From Chara braunii (Eukaryota; Plantae; Charophyceae), in the NCBI GenBank assembly GCA_003427395.1, contig BFEA01000004.1, positions 941,587-1,005,586 on the forward strand: DNA of 64,000 nucleotides. The letters run 5' to 3'. The notes under the pieces were generated by a model. The model had not been told where the DNA came from and searched no databases. It saw only the letters and a program-made list of their open reading frames with translations. Below are positions 1-12,544 of the stretch, in pieces (within the stretch, counting starts at the first letter, position 1; every line of letters starts with the position of its first letter). The position numbers and the translations under genes are program-made.

Positions 1-2510
1 TGAGAGTTCGTAGGGCTGGTTGATTGTGAGTCGAGACGGTGTGCGTCCCCGCCAGCAGGACATTGGTGTAGTGGTCTGACTACAGGAAGGAAGGTCACTT
101 GATTTCATAGTGTAGAGAGTGTCCAACCTCTAGCCAGACTTTGTTGTAACGGTCTGATGGCATATGCTGCTTGATTGCATTGAGGAGACAAATGAGAGTG
201 TGACCTGTAGGGGTTCTTATTTTGCCAAGTGTAAGGAGGCATACATGGCGGATTGGTTGTGTGGACTGGAGGCGGTGTAGCCTCCAAATGAGGTGAGGTT
301 CATTCCCCTTCGGTAGCTCAAAGGCCTGGTAGACGGTCTTAAGGATTGCGGATATTGCATTGGTGTGAGTGATTTGTGGCATATGTATATGCCTACGTGA
401 GCGTTTGTCTTTTCTTGAGTTTCTATGCAACGGCTTTGACCGTGGCTTTCTTGCGTTGTATTTTGTGCACACCGTCTGTACACATTGGTCGCGTTTTGCC
501 TAATAGTTTTTCTTTGTTTGGGCTTCAGTCCTTGCTCATGCTAGAGAACTTGATTGGTTGAGCTTGTGGTTGGACTTGTCTGATGTGTGTGGGGTAACCG
601 TTTGCTATTTTCCCCTACCAGTCGTTGGGAAGCTGCCCTGTGGGAGGTGTTTTTGATATTTGGTTGGGAGTAGACTTGGGTTGCTGCGGGATTTGGGGAT
701 GACATGAGGGTTAAAAAAACACATGTAGAGGCTTGGATGATGCCTTCTTTACGTGGGATATCGGGACGACATCAGGGCTAAAAAACCAGCTGTACAGTTT
801 TTAATAATGCCCTCTTTGGTAGCGACTGTACACTGCTGGTGCTGTGGAATCGAACTCTCTTGTTCGAACACAATGCTTGATATTGTTAATCCGCCACTAC
901 GTCTGAGCCTCTTTTTGTGGAGGTGGATTTCCCTCTCGTGCTGATAAAAAATGAACTGTCACAGGCATGTTTTCATTTTGTTGGGCTGGTGCCGGCCAGC
1001 GAAGTATGCAGTTGTGTGGACTTCGAGAATACGTATTTACCTGGGCAACGTACTAGTGGTTTAAACCAGCAGTACACGGCCCCAGCCTTGTGGAAATTCA
1101 TTCGTTGGCTACCGGGCACAATGGCTGGTGGCGGGAGCCAACACAGAAAAAAGAAGTGTGCCACTGGTGGTTCGGCACCTCCAGGTGCGGAACCTCCAGG
1201 TGCGGGTGTACTGCTGGTTTAAGACCACGCGATGAGAATGAGAGGGTGTTGGGGATTGTGGACTAGGGAGGGGAGCATGTTGCAAAGAGGAAAGGACAAG
1301 TGGAGTGGCAGAGGGTAAGATGGAGGGGGGGTCTGTGGGGTAACTTGGTTTGGGGAGGGAGCCTAGCGATGTTTGGACATGAGCGCAAGTTATAGGTTGG
1401 TGATTGGTTTCTTTAGCGAAGTGGTATTCAGTCGGCTTGGCAGACTGTCTCATCTGTATCCAAGAAAGGGAAATGCAGTCTGACCAGATGTGGGTGTTTA
1501 ACACGTCTCTGGAAGTGTTATGCCTCTGGAAGTGTTTTGCCTCCTCTCGAAGTGTTTCGCCACCTGTTTTCCAGGACAGTTGATGTTGTGTGCATGAGCA
1601 GCATACAGGGGCGGTCCTTCCCACTGTGCTACGGGTAGCCATCATGAACCTGTGCTACCGGTCCTCCTGAATTTAGGACCGCGGGCGGGGTAGTGAGTGG
1701 TGGTTTAACAAGTCTTTGGAAGTGTTGTGCCTCCTGTCATCCAGGACAGTTGATGCAGCATGCCTCAGCAGCACACACTGCGGTGGTCTCGGTGGCTATT
1801 CTTCAGAATGTGCAAAAGATTACAGTCCAGATGTTCATACGACAGAGTCCAACCCATATCATTATCCGAACATGTGAAGGTGAAGTTCAGCTGCCGAACG
1901 CACATTTGTTGCACTTTTTCTGCGTGCTATGACTGGCTTGCTTGAGAGCTTTATCCTGGCTTGTATATAGGTAATAAGATTCATGTGCTTGTATCGGTAA
2001 AGACGGCAACGTCAACAAGGACCATGTGGTCTGAATGTCAACATGGGTGCGCAGCAGGTTGCCTTTAACAGGGATGCAGATCATGCAGTTGTACCTGTGC
2101 TTTGGTCCGGTCATTGGTCATGTGCCTGAGCTGGCTGCCTACCTTCGTCACCCGTGTACGATGTACAGTGTAAATGCAGCAATAACGAGGAAGCGTTGTA
2201 ATCGGGTGAAGGTCTTGGTGGTTGACTCTCTTCGTTTCCCCTCGGATGGGCTGTGCAAATGAATGCAGGAATAAAGCTCCTCGGATTCCAACCTTGACTT
2301 GACATATTTTGGGCTCACAATCCTTCATCAGTGTGTTTACCATCTGGTGTCGTTCAAAGAGTCTTTCCAGTGATTTAAAAACAAAAAAGCCTTCCGAGTG
2401 TTGCATGGCTCGAGGACAAGGTTGTTTGGTGCCACTACCGTGTCCCCCAGCATCAAATTTACGGCCATTATACCTGTATTTGAGGCAAACTTTCAGACTA
2501 GATACTTACA
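1..2510 (-). mobile_element. Degenerate coding-like remnant, probably an old retroelement fragment of unassigned family, interrupted by MITEs
   Basis: G/T-rich + strand with broken protein-like minus-strand frames (95-472, 1109-1645, 1887-2114, 2065-2406); no diagnostic motif recognised. Confidence 0.25.
1061..1222. mobile_element. MITE with perfect 17-bp inverted ends including TTAA
   Basis: ttaaaccagcagtacac (1061-1077) is the exact reverse complement of gtgtactgctggtttaa (1206-1222). Confidence 0.75.
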
Positions 2511-2545
2511 TCTACATCTACATCTACACCTACTATAAGAACTGC
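2511..2545 (+). mobile_element. Candidate Helitron-like 5' terminus
   Basis: a|TCTACATCTACATCTACACCTACTATAAGAA resembles plant Helitron TC-starts, follows an A, and marks an abrupt composition change. Confidence 0.4.
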
Positions 2546-2555
2546 TAAACGTCAT

Positions 2556-2691
2556 ATCTCACGGCCTGAATCGCAGGCGGGTAACGCGCCGCGGACGGAC
2601 CAGATCGCTGGCCGATCAGAAAACTTTCTGACCGGCCTGCGATCTGGGCCGTCCGTGGTGCGTTACCGGCCTGCGATTCAGGCCGTGAGAT
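2556..2691. repeat. 136-nt near-perfect palindrome/hairpin
   Basis: 67-bp arms (2556-2622, 2625-2691) with 6 mismatches and a 2-nt loop. Confidence 0.95.
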
Positions 2692-3059
2692 CTCGGTACC
2701 TGAGGCGCCCGTTCGCCTGCCCGTCGGCCCGTAATCGTGGCCGCCCCCCACCCCCCCCACCCCACCCCAACCTTTTCGGACCGTGACAGATCGGTACCTG
2801 AGGGGGCCGGAGGCTACCGGAGGCACCCGTTCGCCAGGCCGTCGGCCCGTAATCGTGGCCGCCCCCCCCACCCCAGTACCGAATCGCCCCCGCGCCCGGT
2901 TTTCCGTTGGCGCTGTTTTTCGGTTGCCGGCCACGGCCACTGCTCCAATCGCCCGCGCGCCTGGTGTTTGGTTACCGCCCACGGCCACCTCTCCAATCGC
3001 CCGCCAGTTCGTCACTCTTTCTCGCCTGTGTGGTCCGTGCGCGTGTGCTCGCCGGTCGT

Positions 3060-3308
3060 CGGTGCGCGTGTTTGCTCCTTTGCTGATCTCCTTGGTGCTC
3101 ATTGCTCTCTCTCTCTCTCTCTCTCTCTCCCCCCCCCCCCTCCTTTGCTGCTCGACGGGGAGGGTGCTCGGTGCTCATCGTGCTTTCGTTCGATTTGTTG
3201 CTCATTGTGAGTTCGTTCGATTTGGTGCTCATCATGGTTCGACTTGCTGGCCCGGTGCTCATCGTCTTCATTGCTGCTCTTCGTCTACACCGAAGGTGCT
3301 CATTGCTT

Positions 3309-3346
<38 letters not shown>

Positions 3347-3537
3347 TGTGCTCTCCTTTGCTGCTCGACGGGGAGGGTGCTCGGTGCTCAGCGTGCTTTA
3401 GTTCAATTTGGCGCTCATCGTGATTCGATTTGCTGGCCGGTGCTCATCCGTGCTTGCATCCGTGCTTTGGATCCGTGCTTTGTCTTCATTGCTGCTCATC
3501 GTCTTCGCTCTTTGGTGCTCTCCTTGGTGCTCATTTT

Positions 3538-3573
<36 letters not shown>

Positions 3574-4272
3574 TGTGCTCTCCTTTGCTGCTCGACGGCG
3601 ACTTGGGTGCCGTGCTTGGATTCGTGCTCATCATTGATCCGTGGATCCGTGCTTCGATTCGTGCTCTGTCCATTGGTGCTCATCGTGTTCTCTCCATTGG
3701 TGATCATCGTGTTCTCTCCATTGGTGCTCATCGCGTTCTCTCCATTGGTGCTCATCGTGTTCTCTCCATCGTGCTCATCGAGGATCCGTGCTTTTCTTTG
3801 CAGCACGATCACGTGCTCATCATGGATCCGTGCTTTTTTTGCTCATCCTCGATCCGTGCTTTTCGTGTTCATCGTGGATCCGTTTCTTTTGTGCTCATCC
3901 TCGATTCTCGCTTTTCGTGCTCATCGTGGATCCGTTATTTTTGTGCTCATGCTCGATCCGTGCTTTTCGTGGTCATCGTGGATCCGTGCTTTTTTGGCTC
4001 ATCCACGAGCCGTGCTTTTCGTGCTCGTTGTGGATCTACTGCTCCTTTTTTGGCTCATCCTCGATCCGTGCTATTTGTACTCACTCACTCCTCTGTGGAT
4101 TCGTGCTCGGCGATCGGTTGCTGATCCTGTGCTTTGCTGCATCGTGCTTTGGTTCAATTTGGTGCTCATCGTGGTTCGATTTGCTGGCCGGTGCTCATCC
4201 GTGCTCGGATCCGTGCTTCCTCATTGCTGCTCATCGTGTTCGCTCCTTTGGTGCTCTCCTTGGTGCTCGTTG

Positions 4273-4310
<38 letters not shown>

Positions 4311-4608
4311 GAGCTCTCCTTTGCTGCTCGACGGGGACTTGGGTGCCGTGCTTGGATTCGTGCTCATCCTCGATTCGTGCTCAGCCTCGATTCGTGCTCA
4401 TCCTTGATTCGTGCTCATCATTAATCCATGGATCCGTGCTCTGTCCATTGGTGCTCATCGTGTTCTCTCCATTGGTGCTCATTGTGTTCTCTCCANTCCT
4501 TGATTCGTGCTCATCATTAATCCATGGATCCGTGCTCTGTCCATTGGTGCTCATCGTGTTCTCTCCATTGGTGCTCATTGTGTTCTCTCCATCGCGCTCG
4601 AGGATCCG
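3060..4608 (+). repeat. Modular GTGCTCATC-core minisatellite array (left arm)
   Basis: Many gtgctcatc/gatccgtgctt motifs, 24-bp tandem units gtgctcatcgtgttctctccattg, and higher-order modules punctuated by (CT)n or (CT)n(CA)n. Confidence 0.9.
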
Positions 4609-6169
4609 CCAAGCTGTCCGTTATGTGACTCTGACACGTGCTACTTCGTTTCTTCTTTGCGTTTTGCCTTCCCGGAAATGCTCCAAGATGCTGTCATGTC
4701 AATGTTACTCCAGACAAGTCTCCCACGAGAAGAGCAACTGCGAAGCAGTTTGAATGCTGCTGATTGTTTCATCATTCGTACAATGCAACCCCCCTGCTTC
4801 TTAGCATCAGTGGCACTCCTATTGTTGTTGGAGGCGATTTCCAACTTCCCAGGGCCAATCATCAATGACATCATCCGAGCCCACCAAAGTGAGACTCACC
4901 CACACACGCATGCACTTGCGCACATAGCGAAAAAACTCAACAAGTAAGCNCGGGGNANGCATACATGCAAGATGGGTTGATCACAAACATATCCAGAGAA
5001 CACAGCAAACAAAGTCTGAATCTGAATCTTTAGTTGCAAAAACATCAACGGGACAATGGACAGGATTTTCTCAGAAAAGTGGAGTTCTTGCACATCACAA
5101 AACAAAAACGATGCTGCGAAGGTAATGGCTCCCCAAACAAAACACTCAAAGATAAAGGGAAAAAGAGGCTCGGCGGAATATGATAGGGGAGTTCCTTGTG
5201 CTTTTTCTTTCTTTTGTGCTTTTTTCCTTTTCTGTTTTTGCGGGCGAATCCGCAACGGGTCATCAGGTAGTGATAATGACCGTACGCGCTCTATTTAGGT
5301 GAAGAAGGTAGTCACTTGCCAAATCCCGCCCCGCCTGGATGCACCTTGATGTACTGTGAGCCAGCCTCGTCGTCTGCACCACCAGCCTCGTCGTTTGCAC
5401 CATCATGTTAAAGTCGTTGATAACGTTCCGACAGTGCAAGCGCAAGCGGTGTTGTTGAGATTAACAGCCGTCCTGGTTGCTCAGGGTCAAATTAGTGACA
5501 GCTGCACACTTGCGCAGCTCGTTCTTTGGAGCTATCGTGACAAATGGGTAAGAAGAAAGATTGCTAGTCACTGGTAAGAATCTGCAGTTGGCACGACCCT
5601 TTTTTGAAATCTCTGTGGCCGGAACCGTTTTTAATGGCGCAGTAATGGCCCCAGTCACACTAGGGCCTGTTATTGCAAATTGGCAGAGCCTGCTATGCAT
5701 GCCTTCACTGTGCCAAGGTTGCGTCTTGCCCAGTGGAACTGCGAATCGGGTGACATACGTCAACGGCCTGTGGAGCGGCGGGATCCAGCACTTCGTAAGC
5801 ACTGTGGAGGTCTGCACAAAATTAATTCGCTTCCCGGAAATGGGAAAAAACAACACCAGCGGAGATGCTATGGATACAGGTCAAAGTTCAAATGTTTGGG
5901 ATTTCTGCTGAGTGAGGAGGCCCTTTCACTACCAACAGTCAAATGCATGGCATCATGGTTTTGTCTTCATTGAGGGAGAAATTTCTCATGTAATGAGATT
6001 GCCTCGTCTTGGCCTCCAGCAGAAGGCACAAGCTTGGGCACGCGTTTCCAAACGCCTCTGCCCTTCTCTGCTGACAATCTGTGCATTGGTGTATGTTCAA
6101 GGGTTGGCTAGTGGTGCCTACTCGTAGCCCTACTCGGTCGACAATGGGCCTATCTGTGACACGGCATTC

Positions 6170-6624
6170 GAAACGTATCCACGCTGGCAGGAAAAGCACG
6201 TATCGATGATGAGCATGAAAAGCACGTATCCATGATGAGCACCGACCGACGACCACCAAAAGCACGGATAGAAGATGAGCATGTTATCATGCACCGAAGT
6301 TCCCGCACGAATCCACGATGATGAGCACGAAAAGCATGGATCCACGGTCAGCACGTGACGAAAAGCACAGATCCACGATGAGCACGTGGTCGTACTCCAA
6401 AGAAAAGCACGGATCCTTGAGCACGATGGAGAGAACACGATGAGCACCAATGGAGAGAGCACGATGAGCACCAGTGGACAGAGCACGAATCGAAGCACGG
6501 ATCCACGGATCAATGATGAGCACGAATCAAGGATGAGCACGAATCGAGGCTGAGCAGGAATCGAGGATGAGCACGAATCCAAGCACGGCACCGAAGTCCC
6601 CGTCGAGCAGCAAAGGAGAGCTCA

Positions 6625-6666
<42 letters not shown>

Positions 6667-7437
6667 CCAATGAGCACCAAGGAGAGCACCAAAGGAGNNN
6701 NNNNNNNNNNNNNNNNNNNNNNNNNNNNNNNNNNNNNNNNNNNNNNNNNNNNNNNNNNNNNNNNNNNNNNNNNNNNNNNNNNNNNNNNNNNNNNNNNNNN
6801 NNNNNNNNNNNNNNNNNNNNNNNNNNNNNNNNNNNNNNNNNNNNNNNNNNNNNNNNNNNNNNNNNNNNNNNNNNNNNNNNNNNNNNNNNNNNNNNNNNNN
6901 NNNNNNNNNNNNNNNNNNNNNNNNNNNNNNNNNNNNNNNNNNNNNNNNNNNNNNNNNNNNNNNNNNNNNNNNNNNNNNNNNNNNNNNNNNNNNNNNNNNN
7001 NNNNNNNNNNNNNNNNNNNNNNNNNNNNNNNNNNNNNNNNNNNNNNNNNNNNNNNNNNNNNNNNNNNNNNNNNNNNNNNNNNNNNNNNNNNNNNNNNNNN
7101 NNNNNNNNNNNNNNNNNNNNNNNNNNNNNNNNNNNNNNNNNNNNNNNNNNNNNNNNNNNNNNNNNNNNNNNNNNNNNNNNNNNNNNNNNNNNNNNNNNNN
7201 NNNNNNNNNNNNNNNNNNNNNNNNNNNNNNNNNNNNNNNNNNNNNNNNNNNNNNNNNNNNNNNNNNNNNNTGAGCACCAATGGAGAGAACCGATGAGCAC
7301 CAACGGAGAGAACACGAGAGAACACGATGAGCACCAATGGAGAGAACACGATGAGCACCAATGGACAGAGCACGAATCGAAGCACGGATCCACGGATGAA
7401 TGATGAGCACGAATGCAAGCACGGCACCCAAGTCCCC
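6170..7437 (-). repeat. Inverted copy of the GTGCTCATC array (right arm), spanning an N gap
   Basis: gatgagcac motifs; 6480-6697 is the reverse complement of the ~4245-4450 module and 7271-7437 of the ~3597-3770 module. Confidence 0.9.
6698..7270. other. Assembly gap
   Basis: Run of N. Confidence 1.
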
Positions 7438-8021
7438 GCCTTGGGTCACGGGAACCCGACCAAAGGTTGGGTATTCCCATTAAAAGACCTTGAAAATGTT
7501 GTCGTCGTCAATAACCAGGTAAACTATGATACAGCACTGCGAAAGCGACTACATACGTTGTGTTTTGGTTGGATGAAAACCAGGTGCATGGACAGGGCCA
7601 TGAGATCCGGAGGCCTGGAACAGTAACTGGCGGCCTGGAAATATCACCAAGTCAGTCCCAAGGAGTACTTCGGTAAAATATGACCAGGTTCACGGGTGGA
7701 CGAGAGCCAGGCCTGGAACTGATATAGGAGAACGCAGGGGGTTGTGACGGATATTGGGACATTGAGATGCGTACCCCGATACCTCAATACCAAGTTCAGA
7801 ATAAGAGAGGCCCAGTGGGAGATCCATTCCTAGGGGAGGGAGATGATGGCCCATCAAACAGGGATTAGTGCAGGCCGCTATAATCATTGTGCCCCACGTG
7901 GTAAGACCTCGCACCGTGTCAGGGAAACAAACCGAGGCAAGAAATGAGTGGGTGGAGAGAATGGAGAAGAGACCCCGGGGCATAGAGCTCTTTCAAGAGG
8001 TAGTAGCGCAAACCCTTTCAG

Positions 8022-10260
8022 TCACTTAAACATGGCACGCTGATAAGTAAGAACACATACCCAGTCATCCCAAATAAGCCGAACTTTAGTAAAATAAGCC
8101 CTCAGCGCTTGGTCAAACAAGATATTAGGAAGCCTTAGAGCAGATAGTTTGATTTTGAAATCACCAGTAAATGGCATGAGCCTTGCAGAAAACGACCTCG
8201 TAGCCATCATCAAAAGAGTCTTGGTGCGTCAATCATAAAAATCATCAATGACAGGCGTCGCATTTTGGATCTCAAAAATTTGCGGTGAGGGGCCCCACGG
8301 CCCATGCACTGGTGGTTGCGGATCAGATGCTCGTTAGTGTTGGACGAATGAAATTGTGAAATGTGCAGGATTTTTTGTATCTGAGAAAATCCCTACTTCC
8401 TGTACTACGGTAGTTCTTAGGCGAATGTTTTCGTCATAACCATGGTAAAAAATCTCAGAGTTCCTGTGCCGCCCTCATTTGACCCCAGATTCGGTAAGCT
8501 GACAAGAACAACGACATTCAGACTGCCCAATACTTGCACTTCAGGATTTTCAGACTGCCCAAAACTCTCACTTCAGAATATTTATTTCTGTAATTTAATT
8601 CCTTATAACCACCTGTGCAACAAACATGCAAGGGCAGGGCATGGGGACACCCTCAACCTGTCTGTAAACCTTATTAGTAGTCCTGGTATATGTGTGATTC
8701 AGACAGAAAGAAAGATACTTGGATATATTTAAAAATTTTATCGTAATCTATCCACATCCCCTTTTAGATTTTCCACACATGAACCCCTTCCCCCTTCTGT
8801 TGCCCTGATCGTAGAGTACCCTTTTTCCACAAGGAAGTCCAATACCTTTTCGACAGCTTGGGTAATAGACTGATGCGGAAGTTTAGAGAACATATCCTTA
8901 ATATCGAACGAAGCCCCTTCTACGTCGGGGTCAGTCAATCTATTAATAGCTTTGTTCACGACCATAATCTTGCCTTTGATATGACATGTCATCCTCATAT
9001 TGAAGTTAGAATGGCAGGGAAGTTTTCACAGAAGCGCAGTCACAGTCTTTTCGATCACCTTATCTTCTGTTTTTGTGGGTTCTGAGAAGGATGGAGAGAT
9101 CGGTCGCCATCTCTGAACGTCCTTGTTTTTCGGAATGCAGTAGCATTTCCCAATTGACCCTGCTTCCTTCCACGAGGCAATCCTTGAGAAACCCTTAGCA
9201 ATATATTCCTCCTTGTATTTTTTTACAATTGTTTTTTCATCCTTGTTCTTCACCACATACTCTGGGGAGTTTTCATAAAGAATACTCGTGACTTGAGAGT
9301 ATATAACGGGACAGCAGAAGAAGAGATGACCTGGATTATGGTCTACAGGAGCATATACCAAAGTTCCGATATGAAATAGTAAGGTTAGGACGTTAGAAAG
9401 AGGTAGTCTCCCTTCAATATTCGTTTTAGTAGTTGTACTGCAGCAAGAAAGATCGGAAGCCTTAATTCTTGTTAGAAAACAAACTTCAGCAAATGCGTCC
9501 TGAATAGCATGGCGTAGGGCCGACAGGGATGTGTCAACGGAGGGTAGAGGAATGTTACGAGAATTGTACATCAGAGAATTCAGATTGGGATGAAGTGTCC
9601 GTCCGTCTCGACCGGAGGGAGAACCGTGGAATACGAAGTCCAAGATGCAGACGTGGGAACAAAGAAAGACAGGTATGTTTGCTTCAAACTCGAACATTGA
9701 CAGGCGTCCTGAACAGGTTTCTTACGTTGAAAAACAATATGAATCCTATTATAAAAAAATGTTGGGACTTTCCGATCGGGGATCAGTTCAGTCAACAGCC
9801 GCTGACGAAGTTCCTGAATTCTAGTCCTTGACAACGAGAAATCAAACTTTAATTTGACGACTATTGTTGATCGAAATCTTTGACCCACGTTTTCGGTGAA
9901 CACCCTAGTCAAAATTCCTTTCAATATAGCTCGCTGTCGTGTGTTTTTGAATATCCCAACAACATTGTATAAATCTAACAAATCACCATTAGCTTTGTGA
10001 TATAACTGCTTCCTACCAATGCTCCCTTGTTTCGATCGCCCTTATCCCTACGGGGTCGGAGGTGACAAGGTTGACAACCTCCCCTTGTTGCAACAGAAGT
10101 CGGGATCCTCCTAATAACACTTTACCAAATCCTACAGTAATAGTAGCCGTCCCTAATAGCTTTTTAACCCTTGTCCATCCGTCCAACCACTAGTTCCCTG
10201 GAGTGGTGGTCAGTATACCTTTCGCGTGTCCAGAAGCATAAGCTTTGTCCAAGATTCTGA
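8022..10260 (-). pseudogene. Penelope-like reverse transcriptase, frameshifted
   Basis: YCIPKNKDVQRWRPISP (9026-9697), FDIKDMFSKLPH (8738-8998), and YRQVEGVPM followed by PALACLL after a frameshift (~8620-8690); catalytic DD motif not found. Confidence 0.75.
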
Positions 10261-10299
10261 CGATAGAGAAGTCTCCGATGCTAGTAGAGGAAGAAGAGA

Positions 10300-11554
10300 A
10301 CTCGTCAGTAAAGCAAACGCTGGGACAATGGAACCGTTCATGTGTAAAGCGCAGGGGTTCGAACACGTAGTCCAGTTGCAGCTCTCTGTGTCGCGATGGA
10401 TGGTCCTGCCGTAGTTGGAAGGACGAGAGTGGGTTCCACAGGGGTGGCGATAGGTGGAGGAGAAGATCGGCGAGGTGGTCGAGGTGCGGATGAAGGCGGA
10501 GGAGGAAGAGTAGAAGGAGGGGGAGGAGGAGGGGAAGGGGGAAAGACTTGGAGTCTAAGGGATGGGGGAGATTGAGCGGAGGTCGATGGTTTAGAGTTTG
10601 CAGAAGTTGTCGGAGGTGGCTGTCTAGGAACAACACCTCATGGAGCCGGATTACTACCCCGCCCCACCATGTGTCTCAAGTCGTCGAGTTCCTGACAGAT
10701 TATCAAAAGTGTGTTCTCGGTTGTTTCTTGATTCTGTTGCATTGCGCTCTTCACCTTTTCTTGACTACGCTTCGGACAATTCATCTCCATCGCCATGAGT
10801 CCCGCCTGCAAACCGTTCGATGGTTCGTCAACTTTCTGCTTCCCTTTCTGCTGTTCGGTTGGTGAGCCCTGCGCCACCTTATCGTTAGATCTCTTACGTC
10901 CCTCTTCTTCCAATGCCCTAATACGACTCTCTATCTTGTTCTGATCACCTGCTTCGATTCTCTCTAATTCTGCCCATATCTTTTTATTATTCTCACTGAT
11001 CTTCGTCAGCAGCTCTATCTCTGTACTCGAACTATGACCTTTGCTGCAAATAGCTGAACCAATTATTTTCCTCATCCTTGCGTCCTTCTCAATTGCCTTT
11101 TTTCCTTCTCTAGTTTCTTCTTGTTCTCGTCCTCTCGTTGCTGCTTTTTCTGTTCCTCCTTCGCTTTTTGCTCCGCTTCCTGTTTTCGTCTTTCCTTCTC
11201 TTCACGTTTCTCGTTGATAAGCTCTTGCAGTAGCACCGCCACCTCAGGATCTCTTTGCACCACCACTTCCCGAGCTTGATTACCCTGCCAGTAGTTGCGA
11301 TTACCACCAGTGGTAGGATTGTTGTTGTTCATAGTAGTAGAAGCACCGGAGTCCGTAGGTAGAGGAGGCGCCGGAGGAAGTGGCCTAGCCGCATGAGGTG
11401 CGGGGAGAAGGGGTGGAGTGGAGGTGGAAGAGGAGGGAAATGCCTATTTGGTGCGCACTTGCACCACGACCGGACAATCGTGTACCCAATGGCTAAGATC
11501 ACCACAGGCCAAACACGGTCTCGGCCCATTGTTATTCCCCACGCACCAGGCCAT
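10300..11554 (-). pseudogene. Gag-like ORF1 with a CCHC zinc knuckle, Pro-rich linker and E/K/R coiled coil
   Basis: ATG at 11554 gives MAWCVGNNNGPRPCLACGDLSHWVHDCP (Cx2Cx4Hx4C), then a stop and frameshifts into EKREEKERRKQEAEQKAKEE. Confidence 0.65.
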
Positions 11555-12544
11555 TCGCAACAATCGACTCCACGCAAACAGAAAAAATTCTATAAATACT
11601 ACAACTACAATCATCCGACAAGGTTAAGATAGTCGAATCCCACCCTTAACTGGTTGTGCAACCGGGTTCTTCACGTAAGCGCTTCACAACGTATCGTCCA
11701 ACGAATAATTACGATCACCCACCAATCAAAGTCAAAACTAAGTTGGTTAGCAACCTATCACATGTTGAAAAAGGATACAACCTGAGTGGTTGAACCGACC
11801 AGCAACACTCACTTCATGAACAACATTGAGTAGAGGGGAAGAAGAACATAGTCCAAACGTCCATGTCACACATACCAAATGAGATGAAGGACACACGTAC
11901 GCACAATATCGTCAAGGCACACAGAATAAGATTAAATCGTGAAAACATCAGAGTAGCCGAGTGTAGACGTTGACTCCTCCTTACTGGCAGCTCCCTACAT
12001 GTTTTGGTTGATGTCAGTCAGTCGACCATCTTCAGGGGAGATAACCTTGACAGAGATACGTACGAGTATCGCCTAGTCAACTATAAGTACCATCATGCAT
12101 CCTCGTACGCTGTGGCTCATACGATGGCCCACGTCCCTTCATGGCTTGTACCGTCAGAATGCCACCCGAAAAAATGTGTCCTTACTGCACCTACTTTCTT
12201 ATTCAGCTAAAATCCAGAAAATTGTTATGCCAAGAGGGACTGATCCTTGGGAACCGAAGAAAAACGTGGTTTCCAAAAGATTCTGGACAGATGAAAGGAG
12301 AAAAGGACGGAAGAGTGCTCCTTTGGTATTCACCCACTTGGAAAGAATAAAGATTTCGAATCAGATTGGAAAAGACTTAGACCAGCTAGCAAAGCAGCGA
12401 ATACGACGCATGGCTGGATCTTTTCGAGTCCTTTAGAATAGTGAAAAAGGGGAAGGAAGGACGTGAAAAGAGGAGGGAAAAAAGTGAAAAAGAGGGGCCA
12501 CCGGTGAGGGCTAGAGGATTTCGGTTGAAGACTTTAGACCTTGT

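Larger units (their letters stand above)
7440..11650 (-). mobile_element. Degenerate Penelope-like retroelement, probably of the green-lineage Chlamys type; boundaries approximate
   Basis: PLE-type RT motifs with an upstream CCHC/coiled-coil ORF; no LTR, integrase or RNase H seen. Confidence 0.65.

Noticed and set aside
4404-4588. ~92-bp duplication around a single N at 4496
   Set aside because: Typical unmerged contig overlap; likely an artefact
3060-4608. CRISPR-like array or long ORFs (e.g. 3408-4124, 3430-4407)
   Set aside because: There are no unique spacers or cas genes; the ORFs are stop-free by-products of the repeat units
6510-7480. Long ORFs spanning N gaps (also 39405-40056)
   Set aside because: Open only because of the Ns
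7440-12500. Hammerhead ribozyme expected at PLE termini
   Set aside because: No CTGANGA...GAAA core with supporting stems found by eye
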